Shown here one piece after another: positions 1 to 9,966 of a DNA stretch of 46,823 nt. Numbering within the stretch: the first letter of the stretch is position 1; every line of letters starts with the position of its first letter. Made by a program: the position numbers and the translations under genes. Below the pieces are notes generated by a model. That model was not told where the DNA came from, searched no databases, and saw only the letters and a list, made by a program, of their open reading frames with translations. Origin of the DNA: an uncultured Verrucomicrobiota bacterium (GTDB lineage Bacteria; Verrucomicrobiota; Verrucomicrobiia; Methylacidiphilales; Verrucolacustridaceae); the NCBI GenBank assembly GCA_903956835.1, contig CAJBOM010000084.1, forward strand, positions 1 through 46,823, read 5' to 3'.

Positions 1-116
1 AATAAAAAACCACGATCTCCTCCCTCAACCATCCCTCCATCTTGCCACCCTCCCTCGCGTCCCTCGAACAAAAAATTGGCTAACCCCAATCTATCCTTGC
101 CCCCATCGCGTCCCTC

Positions 117-145
117 TTGACCCCCTTCGCGGCTCAGTTCACAAT
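117..145 (+). promoter_or_regulatory. Putative sigma70 promoter (TTGACC-17 bp-CACAAT) for the cNMP/FHA gene
   Basis: TTGACC at 117-122 and CACAAT at 140-145 with a 17-bp spacer, ending 10 nt before ATG 156. Implies a very short leader and that the TTG at 117 is not the real start. Confidence 0.5.
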
Positions 146-155
146 TACGCCTCAT

Positions 156-980
156 ATGCGTGAAAAGTCTTTTGCCCAAGGCGAGATCATCTTCCGCGAA
201 GGAGAGGCAGGCGCTGAGGCTTTTCGGATCCTAGAAGGCCGTATCGAAATCTCTATTCACATCGATGGGCAAGGTGATGCCCCTCTCGGTCACCTCCTTC
301 CTGGAGATATCTTTGGCGAAATGGCCCTCCTCGATGATAAACCCCGCTCCGCTTCCGCTCGCGCACTTGAACCTACCCGCCTTCACCTCATGAACGGAGA
401 GGAGTTTAACGAACTCTTCCTTCGCGACCCCAGTGTCCTCGCCCCTTTTCTCTCCTCCTTTTTTGAACGACTCCGCAACACCAATGACCTCCTCCGACGT
501 GAACTGGAGCAGCGACAAGTCCCTTCCTCCCAACTCCACCAGCTCATTGAAAAAGGACTCCACTCTGGTGGCCACGAAACCCTGCATCCCCTGCCTCGCA
601 TCACCCTTACGCCCAAGAGCAAGGAGACCCGTCAGGCTGGAGCCCCAACCTCCGTCACTCTCGATCGCCTGCCCTACCGCATCGGTCGCCGACAAGCAAC
701 CGAGGGAGCCGATATTCTTTGCTCCAACGACCTTCCCCTGAATGACAATTTTCCCTACCAGATTTCCCGCAACCACTGCTCCATCGAGCGCCTCGGGGCC
801 GAGATCGTGGTTCGCGACCGCGGCAGTACCCTCGGTACCCTACTCAATGGCCATCCCATCGGCACCGAGGCTGATCACATGATCACCCCCCTTTCCCTTG
901 GGGAAAACCATCTCATCCTCGGCGGAGAGGGCAGCACCTACCAGTTCACTGTGCTCGTCGAACCTGCCGTCAGCAGCTAA
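156..980 (+). CDS. Cyclic-nucleotide-binding (Crp-type) domain plus C-terminal FHA domain protein
   Basis: N-terminal cNMP motif (IIFREGE...GDIFGEMALLDDKPRSASARA). C-terminal FHA motifs (IGRR...ISRNHCSI...DRGSTLGTLLNG). Start placed at ATG 156 within ORF 117..980. Confidence 0.85.
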   Translation: MREKSFAQGEIIFREGEAGAEAFRILEGRIEISIHIDGQGDAPLGHLLPGDIFGEMALLDDKPRSASARALEPTRLHLMNGEEFNELFLRDPSVLAPFLSSFFERLRNTNDLLRRELEQRQVPSSQLHQLIEKGLHSGGHETLHPLPRITLTPKSKETRQAGAPTSVTLDRLPYRIGRRQATEGADILCSNDLPLNDNFPYQISRNHCSIERLGAEIVVRDRGSTLGTLLNGHPIGTEADHMITPLSLGENHLILGGEGSTYQFTVLVEPAVSS

Positions 981-999
981 AGCACTGCGACCGCATTGG

Positions 1000-2115
1000 C
1001 TATTTTCCCTTCTCCCCGAGAACAACCACCTCCTCTGCGTCATTCTCCGTAGGCTTTTTTTCCGATTCCGCCAACTTCGCTAAGAGCGCCTTCTCAATTC
1101 TCGCATAGAGGGCCGGATCTTTCTTAATTTCCTCCTTGGCCGCATCGCGCCCCTGCGCCAACTGCTTGCCTTCAAAGGCAATCCATGCCCCCCTCTTCTC
1201 CACCGCATTTTGCTCAATCGCCGAATCGATCAGAGATCCCGCCTTCGAAATCCCCTCGTTATACATAATATCAAACTCCGCTTCGGTAAATGGCGGCGCC
1301 ACCTTGTTCTTCACAATCTTTACCCGCGTGCGATTCCCCACCACCGTACCGTCAGGAAGCTTGATCGCACTGATTCGTCGAATATCCACCCGTACACTCG
1401 AGTAGAACTTCAACGCCCGCCCTCCCGGCGTGGTCTCAGGGCTACCAAACATCACCCCGATCTTTTCACGGATCTGATTGGTAAAGATGCAAACCGTCCG
1501 CGCCCGGCCAATCAGTGCCGTCAGCTTCCGCATGGCCGCACTCATCAACCGAGCCTGCGCACCCACCGTGACGTCGCCAATCTGCCCCTCTAACTCCTGC
1601 TTCGTCACCAAAGCGGCCACACTATCCAACACCACCACGTCCAGTGCGTTAGATCGAATTAAGGTCTCCGCAATGTTCAACGCTTCTTCGCCTGAATCAG
1701 GCTGAGAAACCAGCAGTTCATCCATATTCACCCCTAACTTCTTCGCATAACCAGGATCCAACGCGTGCTCCACATCAATGAAGGCAGCCGTCCCCCCCAT
1801 CTTCTGTGCATTGGCAATCGCCGTCAGAGTCAACGTCGTCTTCCCTGATGATTCAGGTCCAAAGATCTCCACGATTCTGCCACGCGGAAAACCCCCCGTA
1901 CCCAAGGCTCGGTCGATCGTAAAACAGCCCGTGGGGATCACCGCGATCTTCAGCTTCGCCGCCGCATCACCCAGTCGCATGATCGAATTCTCGCCATACG
2001 TTTTGATGATCGACTGCAGAGCCAGATCCAAGTTGCGCTTCTCCGCCACCTTGGCGCTGTCACTCTTCGTTTGGGTTTCCGTCTTTTCGTTTTTGTCTGT
2101 TGTTTTAGTTGCCAT
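1000..2115 (-). CDS. recA: Recombinase RecA
   Basis: Walker [10 protein letters not shown], plus [44 protein letters not shown] and KNKVAPPF. Confidence 0.99.
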   Translation of the reverse strand: MATKTTDKNEKTETQTKSDSAKVAEKRNLDLALQSIIKTYGENSIMRLGDAAAKLKIAVIPTGCFTIDRALGTGGFPRGRIVEIFGPESSGKTTLTLTAIANAQKMGGTAAFIDVEHALDPGYAKKLGVNMDELLVSQPDSGEEALNIAETLIRSNALDVVVLDSVAALVTKQELEGQIGDVTVGAQARLMSAAMRKLTALIGRARTVCIFTNQIREKIGVMFGSPETTPGGRALKFYSSVRVDIRRISAIKLPDGTVVGNRTRVKIVKNKVAPPFTEAEFDIMYNEGISKAGSLIDSAIEQNAVEKRGAWIAFEGKQLAQGRDAAKEEIKKDPALYARIEKALLAKLAESEKKPTENDAEEVVVLGEKGK

Positions 2116-2120
2116 ATAGA

Positions 2121-3359
2121 TTAAACCTCCGATGTGGGTAAAAGTTGCGGTAAAAGTTTATTTCGTAGCAGGTCGAGAGCCACCTGGGAAGCCATTGCCT
2201 TGAATACTTTTCGTTCTGGAACCAACTTCTTCTCAATAGTTTCCACTCCTTCAGGACCCGCAATTCCAAGGTAAACTAGCCCCACAGGTTTATTCGCATT
2301 TCCACCCCCAGGACCCGCAATTCCTGTCACCGAGACCGCCCAATCCGCCCCCGCCCTCCTTCTCGCCCCCACCGCCATCTCACCCGCCACCGCTCCACTT
2401 ACCGCCCCATACTTCGCCAAACTCTCCGCCGATACTCCTAAATCCCGGATCTTGGCCTCATTCGAATACGTCACCCACCCACCCAGAAAAACCTCCGAAG
2501 CCCCCGCCACATCCGTAATCCGACTCGCCACCAACCCCCCCGTGCACGACTCCGCCGTGGCTAACTTCACTCCCGCCCCCCTTGCCAACCTCACCACCAC
2601 CTCCTCCATCGTTTCCGTCCCCTCACCATAAACCGCCGCTCCCAAAATCTCCCGCACCTTCCTCACCCCTGCCTCCAGCAACTTCACCTCCGCCCCCCGC
2701 AACCGCACATCCACCTCCCCAGGCCGCGCGCAGTAACCCACCGCCGAAAAACCCAACCGCCGCAACTCTTCCTCACACCTCTCCTGCACTGCCGATTCCC
2801 CAATCCCCGTCACCCGCACCACCCTCATTCCTTCCGCAGGACGCGCGTACGAACGTAACCGCGGCTCCACATACTTCTCAAACATCGGCGCCAACTCCCG
2901 AGGCGGACCCGGCAACACCACCAACATTTTGCCCTTCTCCTCCCAAAAAAGCCCCGGAGCCGTTCCCCCATCATTCGGAATCACCTCCATTCCTCGCGGA
3001 ACCTTTGCCTGCACTTTGACCGACTGAGGCGCCACCAACCCCCGCTTCTCAAAATATCCCAATATCTTTTTTTCAATCTCAGGCCGATCCTCCAATGGCT
3101 TCCCCAAAAATCCTGCCACCACTTCCCTCGTGATATCGTCCGAAGTCGGACCCAAACCACCCGTCACTATAATCACCCCGCCCCTGCCCCACGCCTCCCC
3201 CAGGACTTCCCCAATCGCCTCCCGCCCATCTGGCACCGCCGTCTGCCGCGCCAATTCCAACCCCAGCGTCGCCAATCTTGAGGAAAGATAACCTGGATGC
3301 GAATTCAATACCTGCCCCAAGAGCAACTCCGAACCCGTAGTGATCAGCTCCACGCGCAT
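2121..3359 (-). CDS. cinA: Competence/damage-inducible protein CinA (MoCF-like domain plus PncC NMN deamidase domain)
   Basis: [34 protein letters not shown] and AESCTGG motifs; directly upstream of recA. Start placed at ATG 3359 (ORF extends to 3416). Confidence 0.95.
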   Translation of the reverse strand: MRVELITTGSELLLGQVLNSHPGYLSSRLATLGLELARQTAVPDGREAIGEVLGEAWGRGGVIIVTGGLGPTSDDITREVVAGFLGKPLEDRPEIEKKILGYFEKRGLVAPQSVKVQAKVPRGMEVIPNDGGTAPGLFWEEKGKMLVVLPGPPRELAPMFEKYVEPRLRSYARPAEGMRVVRVTGIGESAVQERCEEELRRLGFSAVGYCARPGEVDVRLRGAEVKLLEAGVRKVREILGAAVYGEGTETMEEVVVRLARGAGVKLATAESCTGGLVASRITDVAGASEVFLGGWVTYSNEAKIRDLGVSAESLAKYGAVSGAVAGEMAVGARRRAGADWAVSVTGIAGPGGGNANKPVGLVYLGIAGPEGVETIEKKLVPERKVFKAMASQVALDLLRNKLLPQLLPTSEV

Positions 3360-3461
3360 TTCTTCAAGGATGGCGCCACTCTTCTCGGGATCAAACAACT
3401 CTTTGGCGGCTTTCATGGAAACACCCTGACATCCTCACTTGGACAATAGCTGTCCTAGGGT

Positions 3462-3480
3462 AAATTATTATTAATAATTT
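3462..3480. promoter_or_regulatory. Perfect AT-only 9-1-9 inverted repeat (AAATTATTA-T-TAATAATTT), candidate operator
   Basis: Exact inverted repeat in a GC-rich background, in the divergent cinA / methyltransferase intergenic region. Confidence 0.45.
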
Positions 3481-3562
3481 CTTATCATACCTTGACGACT
3501 CCCCCCGCCCCTCCTTTCCCCCTTGTCCTTCACCCCGATCAATCCGATGCTCCTTTCCTTCT

Positions 3563-5107
3563 ATGGCCAATAAATCCGCTATGCCCACTAAGAAGCTCTA
3601 CCGCGAACTCCGTGCTCTTCCTTGGCTCACCCTCTGGCAAGAGGAAGTCCCCCGCTTTAATCAAGCCTCTCCTGAAGTCCGTATCCAACGCGTTGCCGTC
3701 ATTCGCGCCGTCGGTGCCGGTCTCGCCGAGAACCAACAACCCGACCTCAAAGATACCGTTCGCACCTGGCTACTCTCCCTTCTGCAAGATCCCTCAGAAA
3801 AGATCCGACGCTACGCCATGGCCGCTCTCCCAAAAATCGGTGCGGGCCGGACCGAGGAACGTGAACTTCTTGCCCTCCTACAAAGAACGCCTGTCGACCG
3901 CGAAAAAAAGTTTCTCGGCCAAGCTCTCAGTAAAATCGGCGGCTCCGCCACTCTCGACCTCATCCGCGCGGAAGGAACCCAACTTCCCCCACTCACCGAA
4001 CAACGCGCTAAAGCCAACCTCGCCCGGCAACAAAAGCCTTCAACCATTCGACTCGATGTTCCTTTGCCTGAACCCACTCAGGCCCGCATCCACCTCCGTT
4101 GCCGCACTGGCCTCGAACCCATCCTATCCCAAGAAATTAAAGATTCGGGTGCCCTCTTTCGTATTATGGAAATCCGTCCCGGCCTCCTCACCCTAGCCCC
4201 CACCGCCTCCTTTCGACTCAGCGACCTCTTTGCCTTCCGCTGTTTTTCTACTCTTTCCTTTCTTCTCGGTACTTTACCTCCCAGCTCAGCCAGCACCGCG
4301 GAAGAGACCCTCGCCACCCTAATCACCTCCCCACTCAGTCGCCGCATTTTGCAAGCCTTCACCGCAGGTCCCATCCGCTACCGCCTCGAATTTGTCGCCA
4401 AAGGACATCAACGCGGAGCCATTCTCAAAGTCGCTCAACGGGCCTACACCCTCTGCCCAGATCTTCTCAACGATTCCCGCGAGGCTCCTTGGGTCGTCGA
4501 AGTCCAACCCAGCCCAGGTGGCGATTTTGTCGAACTTCGCCCACGAATTTCTCCCGACCCGCGTTTCCCCTACCGTTTGCAAGATGTCCCTGCCGCCTCC
4601 CATCCTCCCCTCGCTGCCGCCATGGCCCGCCTCGCAGGCCCCTATGCCGACGAAACCGTCTGGGACCCTTTCTGCGGTTCTGGACTCGAACTCATCGAAC
4701 GCGTCCGCCTGACCGGCGTCAGCCGTATTCTGGGAACCGATCTCAGCCCCGACGCCACCGCCGCCGCTCGCGCCAACTGGGCCGCCGCCCTCTTCCCTGG
4801 TATCCGCGCTGATTTCGTCGCGCGCGATTTTCGTGAATTCACCACCATCCCCAACTGGGGTCCAGCCAGCGTCAGCCTCATGATCACCAACCCTCCACTC
4901 GGCAAACGCGTTCCTATTCCCAATCTCCGTGGTCTCCTGGAAGAACTCTTTGTCGTGGCCACAATCGCCCTACGCCCAGGCGGTCGCCTAGTCTGGATTA
5001 ACCCCCTTCGAATCAAACCTCCCGCCTCCTCCCTCCGCCTCGAATTTCAGCAAACCGTCGATCTGGGCGGATTTTCCTGCCGCCTCGAACTTCTCCGCAA
5101 ACGCTAA
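3563..5107 (+). CDS. HEAT-repeat domain plus THUMP-like / class I SAM-dependent RNA methyltransferase (RlmL/Trm14-like)
   Basis: N-terminal LLSLLQDPSEKIRRYAMAAL and LGQALSKIGG HEAT-like repeats. C-terminal PLAAAMARLA, DPFCGSG and TNPPLGKRV motifs. Confidence 0.75.
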   Translation: MANKSAMPTKKLYRELRALPWLTLWQEEVPRFNQASPEVRIQRVAVIRAVGAGLAENQQPDLKDTVRTWLLSLLQDPSEKIRRYAMAALPKIGAGRTEERELLALLQRTPVDREKKFLGQALSKIGGSATLDLIRAEGTQLPPLTEQRAKANLARQQKPSTIRLDVPLPEPTQARIHLRCRTGLEPILSQEIKDSGALFRIMEIRPGLLTLAPTASFRLSDLFAFRCFSTLSFLLGTLPPSSASTAEETLATLITSPLSRRILQAFTAGPIRYRLEFVAKGHQRGAILKVAQRAYTLCPDLLNDSREAPWVVEVQPSPGGDFVELRPRISPDPRFPYRLQDVPAASHPPLAAAMARLAGPYADETVWDPFCGSGLELIERVRLTGVSRILGTDLSPDATAAARANWAAALFPGIRADFVARDFREFTTIPNWGPASVSLMITNPPLGKRVPIPNLRGLLEELFVVATIALRPGGRLVWINPLRIKPPASSLRLEFQQTVDLGGFSCRLELLRKR

Positions 5108-5161
5108 CTCCCCTCCGAAATCATCCCGTCCTTAGCGGATTCTTCGCAAAATCTTCCTGGC

Positions 5162-6055
5162 TCAAAATCTCCGGCTTGAGCGTGGATCAGGCACAATTCG
5201 TGCATTGTCGTAAGGGGCATACCCCGCAGGAGCTCCTGGAGTTAAAGGATTCCCCGCAGGGGGATTCTTCGCCTGCAGATTAGGCTTGGGCTGAGCCGCA
5301 ACTTTCTTCTTATCCTCACTCCCCGCAGGCATCGTGTACGGATCCTGCGAAAGTCTCCTGTACCCACCCGATGGAGCCTCAGGCATCTTCGAGGCCGACG
5401 CCAACCGCGTATCACTCCCTCCGCTTGGGGGCATTATCGGCTTTGCCCCCGACTGATAATCCTTCCCCAACGGGCCCGTTGCAGAGGGCCCTGTAAAAGA
5501 TTCGAAACCTGGTTGCACTCGCCCATCCCCAGAACTCATCGCCCTCGGCTTCACCCCATCCATTCCCGTCACCGATGGTAGTTTATTTTCATCCATTGGC
5601 TTGAAACCCTCCACCGCACCTTTCGAGACCGCTGCCTGCGAGAGATCACCGCCCTCCCCTTTCGATTTCTGCTTAGCCTCCTTCACCTCTTTAGCTTCTT
5701 TAGCCTTGGTCACCTCCGCATCCTTCGCCTTCTGCTCCTCGAGCACCGCATCCTCCGCCTGCTTTTTCTTGGCCGCAGCCTGCTTCTCCATCATCGCTTC
5801 CGCCGCCCAATCCTTACTCCCGCTTTTTGCTGGATCCGCTGCAGGCGGTCGGGGTTGAGGAATTGAAGTCGTACTTCCTTCCATCGCTCCCGACAAATCC
5901 GGAGTTGGTGAGGCCCCTTCGGCCTCAGGAAGATTGGCGGCCGCTTTGGCCGAAGGCAGATCAGGAATGTTCGCAGGTCTCGCTCCCACCTCAGTCTGCC
6001 CCATCGATTGCAAAGGCAGGAGAATGCCCAACCACAAGATGCTTCGCCCTTTCAT
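5162..6055 (-). CDS. Hypothetical secreted low-complexity (Ala/Pro/Lys-rich) protein
   Basis: Long ORF filling the gap between genes. MKGRSILWLGILLPLQSMG looks like a signal peptide. No family recognised. Confidence 0.6.
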   Translation of the reverse strand: MKGRSILWLGILLPLQSMGQTEVGARPANIPDLPSAKAAANLPEAEGASPTPDLSGAMEGSTTSIPQPRPPAADPAKSGSKDWAAEAMMEKQAAAKKKQAEDAVLEEQKAKDAEVTKAKEAKEVKEAKQKSKGEGGDLSQAAVSKGAVEGFKPMDENKLPSVTGMDGVKPRAMSSGDGRVQPGFESFTGPSATGPLGKDYQSGAKPIMPPSGGSDTRLASASKMPEAPSGGYRRLSQDPYTMPAGSEDKKKVAAQPKPNLQAKNPPAGNPLTPGAPAGYAPYDNARIVPDPRSSRRF

Positions 6056-6131
6056 CTTCCAACAACTTAATCCTCCGCAGTCACTCGTCAATCTCGCCCC
6101 ACCCCATCAATCCACCTAGGATTCCACCATC

Positions 6132-7253
6132 ATGGCATCGCCCTTAACCCTCCTCCTCAACGAGAAGATTAAGCAAAACGGTCCTCTCCGTTTCGATCAC
6201 TTCATGGCCAGCGCCCTCTATCACCCTCTTCATGGCTTCTACTCCTCAGGCCAGACCCGTACCGGCACCCAAGGCGATTTCCTCACCCCCGTCTCCGCCG
6301 GCCCCGTCCTCGGCCAGCTCCTCGCTCGCCAAGCCGACGAACTTCATGCCGCCCTCGGTCGACCCCACCCTTTCCTGCTTTGCGAGCAAGGCGCCGATCG
6401 TGGACTCCTCGCCCACGATCTTCTCCACGCTATTTCTCTTCATCACCCAAAACTTCTATCCGCCGCTCAACTCCATCTCCTCGAGCCCCTCCCCCCCCTC
6501 ACCACCCAACAACACTCCCACCTCGCACCGTTTCATAAAACAACGCAGATTTTCTGGCACGAAGATATTACGTCCTTACCGCCTACCACCGCCCCTATCT
6601 TTTTTTACTCATCTGAACTTCTCGACAGTTTTCCTGTACGCCTCGTCCGCTATTCCTCCTCTTCCGGATGGCAGGAACGATTCGTCACCACCTGCCCAGC
6701 AGGGTTCAACTGGATCGATCTTCCCGCGCCTGACGATCTTCAATCCCAGATTCGCCACTGGCAAATTCCCGAGATCGAAGGATTCACCGCCGAGGTTCGC
6801 CCCTCCGCCTCATCCTGGATCCACATCCTCGCCCAGCAGATTCACCAAGGAATAATTCTTACTCTCGACTACGGCATGCCCGCCGCCGATCTCTACCATC
6901 CCACCCGGCCAAACGGAACTCTCGCCACCCTCCGACGCCACACCCCAACAACCGACCCCCTCGCGCTCCCAGGCGAACAAGATCTCACCTCCCATGTTAA
7001 TTTCTCCGAACTCACCACCCTCGGAGAGCAGCATGGACTCATCACCCATGGACTCATCGATTTCGCCAACGCCTGGACTCGTTTAGCCGCTCCCCTTTTT
7101 CAGGATGATCAACCTTTGCCCCAATCCTGGACACGCAACTTCCAGCATCTCACCCATCCAGCATTTTTTGGAAAATCTCATCACGTCCTTCTTCAATCCA
7201 AGAATCTGCCCTCAGATTTCACTCCCTCCATCGCTCGGCCTACTACACTCTAA
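6132..7253 (+). CDS. SAM-dependent methyltransferase, MidA/NDUFAF7 family
   Basis: GPLRFDHFMASALYHP..GFY, GDFLT, EQGADRG, SELLDSFP, LDYG and GEQDLTSHVNF match the MidA family pattern. Confidence 0.9.
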   Translation: MASPLTLLLNEKIKQNGPLRFDHFMASALYHPLHGFYSSGQTRTGTQGDFLTPVSAGPVLGQLLARQADELHAALGRPHPFLLCEQGADRGLLAHDLLHAISLHHPKLLSAAQLHLLEPLPPLTTQQHSHLAPFHKTTQIFWHEDITSLPPTTAPIFFYSSELLDSFPVRLVRYSSSSGWQERFVTTCPAGFNWIDLPAPDDLQSQIRHWQIPEIEGFTAEVRPSASSWIHILAQQIHQGIILTLDYGMPAADLYHPTRPNGTLATLRRHTPTTDPLALPGEQDLTSHVNFSELTTLGEQHGLITHGLIDFANAWTRLAAPLFQDDQPLPQSWTRNFQHLTHPAFFGKSHHVLLQSKNLPSDFTPSIARPTTL

Positions 7254-8920
7254 ACTTTGCTAGTTTTTCTTTTCCCCATCAACTCCCGCGCCATCGCCCG
7301 AGCGGCTTTTCCCTCGCCTCCCAACATCCGGCTCAGCTCTTTCTCACGACTCTCCCCCTCCACCCGCTCCAATCGAGCAAATGTCCGACCTTTCTCCACA
7401 CTCTTCGTCACACAGAAGTGGGCATCGGCCACTCCTGCCACCGCCGGCAGATGGGTCAGGCAAAGCACCTGATGAGTTCGACCTAAATTATGCAATCGCT
7501 CCGCCACCGCTAGAGCTGTTTCGCCTCCCACATTCGCGTCCACCTCATCAAATATTAAAATCGGCACCTCATCTCGCTCCGCCATTACCGTTTTTAGTCC
7601 TAACATCACCCTCGCCAACTCGCCACTCGAAGCAATCGCTCGTAGGGGTCGCGGCGGTTCTCCTGGGTTCGGCGCAAACATCAACTCAACTCTCTCACCC
7701 CCTTCCGCCCCTGGTGCCTCCAACTTCTCCAAGGCCACCTCAAGCCGACACGCCCGAAATCCCAATCCGCGCAACTGCTCCGTCACCGCCACGGCGAATT
7801 TTGGCGCGGCCTTCCCCCTTTCTTTTCCCAACTTCAGGCACAATTCCCGATGCTTCTCCTTCGCCTGCTCGAGCGCCTTGGCCAACTCCCTCCCCCTTCC
7901 CTCCGCCTGACTCAACTCCGTCTGCCTTATTTTTAAGGCAACCAACTTCGCTAAGGCCGACTCCGCACTACCTCCATACTTTTTCTGAATCCCGAGAACC
8001 AGATTAAGTCGCCCCTCCAGTTCCGCCATACGTGCCGCATCCATTCCTACCTGTTCGGCGCGTCGTTCCGCCTCCCGACCTAACTCCCTCAACCCCGCTA
8101 CCGCCAACTCGTTTTTCTCACGTAGCTCGCCTGCCGCCCCATCCAACCGCTCCCACTCCATCAACGCCTTCTGCACTTTCCCCAATATCTGTAACGCATT
8201 CTCTTCTCCTCCCTCCAATTGTCCGCTTACCTCAGCCGCCAACTCCACAATTCGGCGCCCGTGACCCGCGGCGGCGTGATCCCTTTGCAGCTGCTCATCT
8301 TCCCCCACTTTTATCTGGGCCGCTCCCAACTCCTTCACCTGGTGATCGATTAACTCACGAGTCGCTCCATCCACCCCTGCTATATTTTTTTGAAAAGTGA
8401 TCATCGCCTCTTCTGCCGCAATCTTTTCATTCCACGCCGCCCGTACTCCTTCCACCACTGCCTCCAGCTTGCCAAAACCATCCACCGCCGAGCGTTGCAC
8501 GCTGGGAGAAAGGAGCGTCTGATGATCATGCGGCCCATGCAAATCCACCAGCCGATCTCCCAACTCTTTCAGCACCGCTAGCGTGACCGAAGAACCATTG
8601 AGAAACTGCCGCCCTGTCCCCGCGATTCCGATCTGCCGTTTAATCACCAGAGTTCCATCTGGATCGGGTTCCACCCCTTTCTCTTCTAACCACCCTCTAA
8701 ATTTTTCTGCGCCACCCAACTCCCCTTCGACCACACAACCGTCCGCACCTGTCCGCACCAAGCCACGATCCGCCCTCTCTCCCAGTAAAAGTAAAAACGC
8801 ATCCACCAAAATAGATTTTCCCGCCCCTGTTTCTCCTGTCAGAGCATTAAACCCTGCGGTTAGCTCCCACTCGAGCTCCTCAACCACCGCCAAATTTTTG
8901 ATCCGTAAACGCCGTAACAT
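7250..8920 (-). CDS. recN: DNA repair protein RecN
   Basis: LTGETGAGKS Walker A, LHGPHDHQ, coiled coil, ASSGELARVMLG, IFDEVDANVGG and CLTHLPAV. Confidence 0.97.
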   Translation of the reverse strand: MLRRLRIKNLAVVEELEWELTAGFNALTGETGAGKSILVDAFLLLLGERADRGLVRTGADGCVVEGELGGAEKFRGWLEEKGVEPDPDGTLVIKRQIGIAGTGRQFLNGSSVTLAVLKELGDRLVDLHGPHDHQTLLSPSVQRSAVDGFGKLEAVVEGVRAAWNEKIAAEEAMITFQKNIAGVDGATRELIDHQVKELGAAQIKVGEDEQLQRDHAAAGHGRRIVELAAEVSGQLEGGEENALQILGKVQKALMEWERLDGAAGELREKNELAVAGLRELGREAERRAEQVGMDAARMAELEGRLNLVLGIQKKYGGSAESALAKLVALKIRQTELSQAEGRGRELAKALEQAKEKHRELCLKLGKERGKAAPKFAVAVTEQLRGLGFRACRLEVALEKLEAPGAEGGERVELMFAPNPGEPPRPLRAIASSGELARVMLGLKTVMAERDEVPILIFDEVDANVGGETALAVAERLHNLGRTHQVLCLTHLPAVAGVADAHFCVTKSVEKGRTFARLERVEGESREKELSRMLGGEGKAARAMARELMGKRKTSKV

Positions 8921-9030
8921 CTTGCCCCAGATTCTGCCACCTCCTTATTCCCACGCCATCTCCAAGCTCTACCGCCCCTCCCAAAAAAATCCCTTCGCTC
9001 CGACCCCTCTTTTCGCGAAACTGATCCTGT

Positions 9031-9966
9031 ATGCCTCCCCCCACTCTCGCCCTCTCCACCTGCTGGCACGCCGACCGCACCACCGACGGCGCCAACCTCC
9101 TCCGCCAAGCCGTCGACCTCGGCTTCTCCAATGTCGAAATCAGCCACAATACCCGCTTCAGCCTCTGGCCAGGAATTCTCGCCACTCACCAATCGACCCC
9201 CACATCACCCCAAATCGATGTCCTGCACAACTTCTGCCCCGTCCCAGTCGAACTCTTGCGCCCCCACCCCAACGCCTATGAGTTTTCCGACCCACGCCCC
9301 ACCGCCCGCCGCCTCGCCGAACGACACTCCTTCGCCACTCTCGAAGCCGCCGCCAGCGTCGGCGCCCAATTCGTCGTCCTCCATCTCGGCTCCGCTGGCC
9401 CCCGCCACCTCGTCGATCCCCTCGAATCCCTCGCTCTAGCTGGCCAACTCGGAACCCGCCCTTACGTTCGCAAAAAAATATCTACCATCCGTACGCTCGA
9501 AGAAGCCTTTCACAAAGCTTGGCCCCGCGTGGAAGAAATTCTCCTCCGTCTAGGGGAAAAAGCCTCCTCCCTCGGCCTCCGCCTCGGCCTCGAATGCCGA
9601 GAAGATCCCCGCGAAATCCCCCCTGACGATTTCTGGGACACCCTCCTCGCCCGCCTCCCCGCCCCAACCTTCGGCTATTGGCACGATTTTGGTCATGCCG
9701 CCGCCAAACATTCGCTCGGCTTTCTCGACCACGCCCAACACCTCCGCCGCCTCGCTCCCCGCATCATTGGCGTCCACCTCCACGACTACTCCCCCGAAAA
9801 AGGAGACCATCTCCCCCTCGGCCATGGCACCATCCCCTTCGCCCAACTCCTTCCCCTCATCCCCCCCAACACCCACTTCTCACTCGAACTATCTCCGGAT
9901 GTGTCCGCGGACGATGTTCGTGCCAGCCTCTCATGGTGGAAACAAAACCAGCCCGTACGCTCCTAA
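9031..9966 (+). CDS. Sugar phosphate isomerase/epimerase (AP endonuclease 2 TIM-barrel) family protein
   Basis: VVLHLG, LGLECR, YWHDFGHA, VHLHD, DHLPLGHGTIPF and LELS metal-binding motifs. Confidence 0.8.
   Translation: MPPPTLALSTCWHADRTTDGANLLRQAVDLGFSNVEISHNTRFSLWPGILATHQSTPTSPQIDVLHNFCPVPVELLRPHPNAYEFSDPRPTARRLAERHSFATLEAAASVGAQFVVLHLGSAGPRHLVDPLESLALAGQLGTRPYVRKKISTIRTLEEAFHKAWPRVEEILLRLGEKASSLGLRLGLECREDPREIPPDDFWDTLLARLPAPTFGYWHDFGHAAAKHSLGFLDHAQHLRRLAPRIIGVHLHDYSPEKGDHLPLGHGTIPFAQLLPLIPPNTHFSLELSPDVSADDVRASLSWWKQNQPVRS

Noticed and set aside
55-116. 11-bp direct repeat TCGCGTCCCTC at 55-65 and 106-116
   Set aside because: Only two short copies in very C-rich sequence; could be chance and has no array structure.
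9678-9932. N-terminal extensions of ORF-track calls (9678, 19754, 26140, 27222, 39699)
   Set aside because: They overlap upstream genes in another frame. Downstream starts with stop/start coupling match the family N-termini better.
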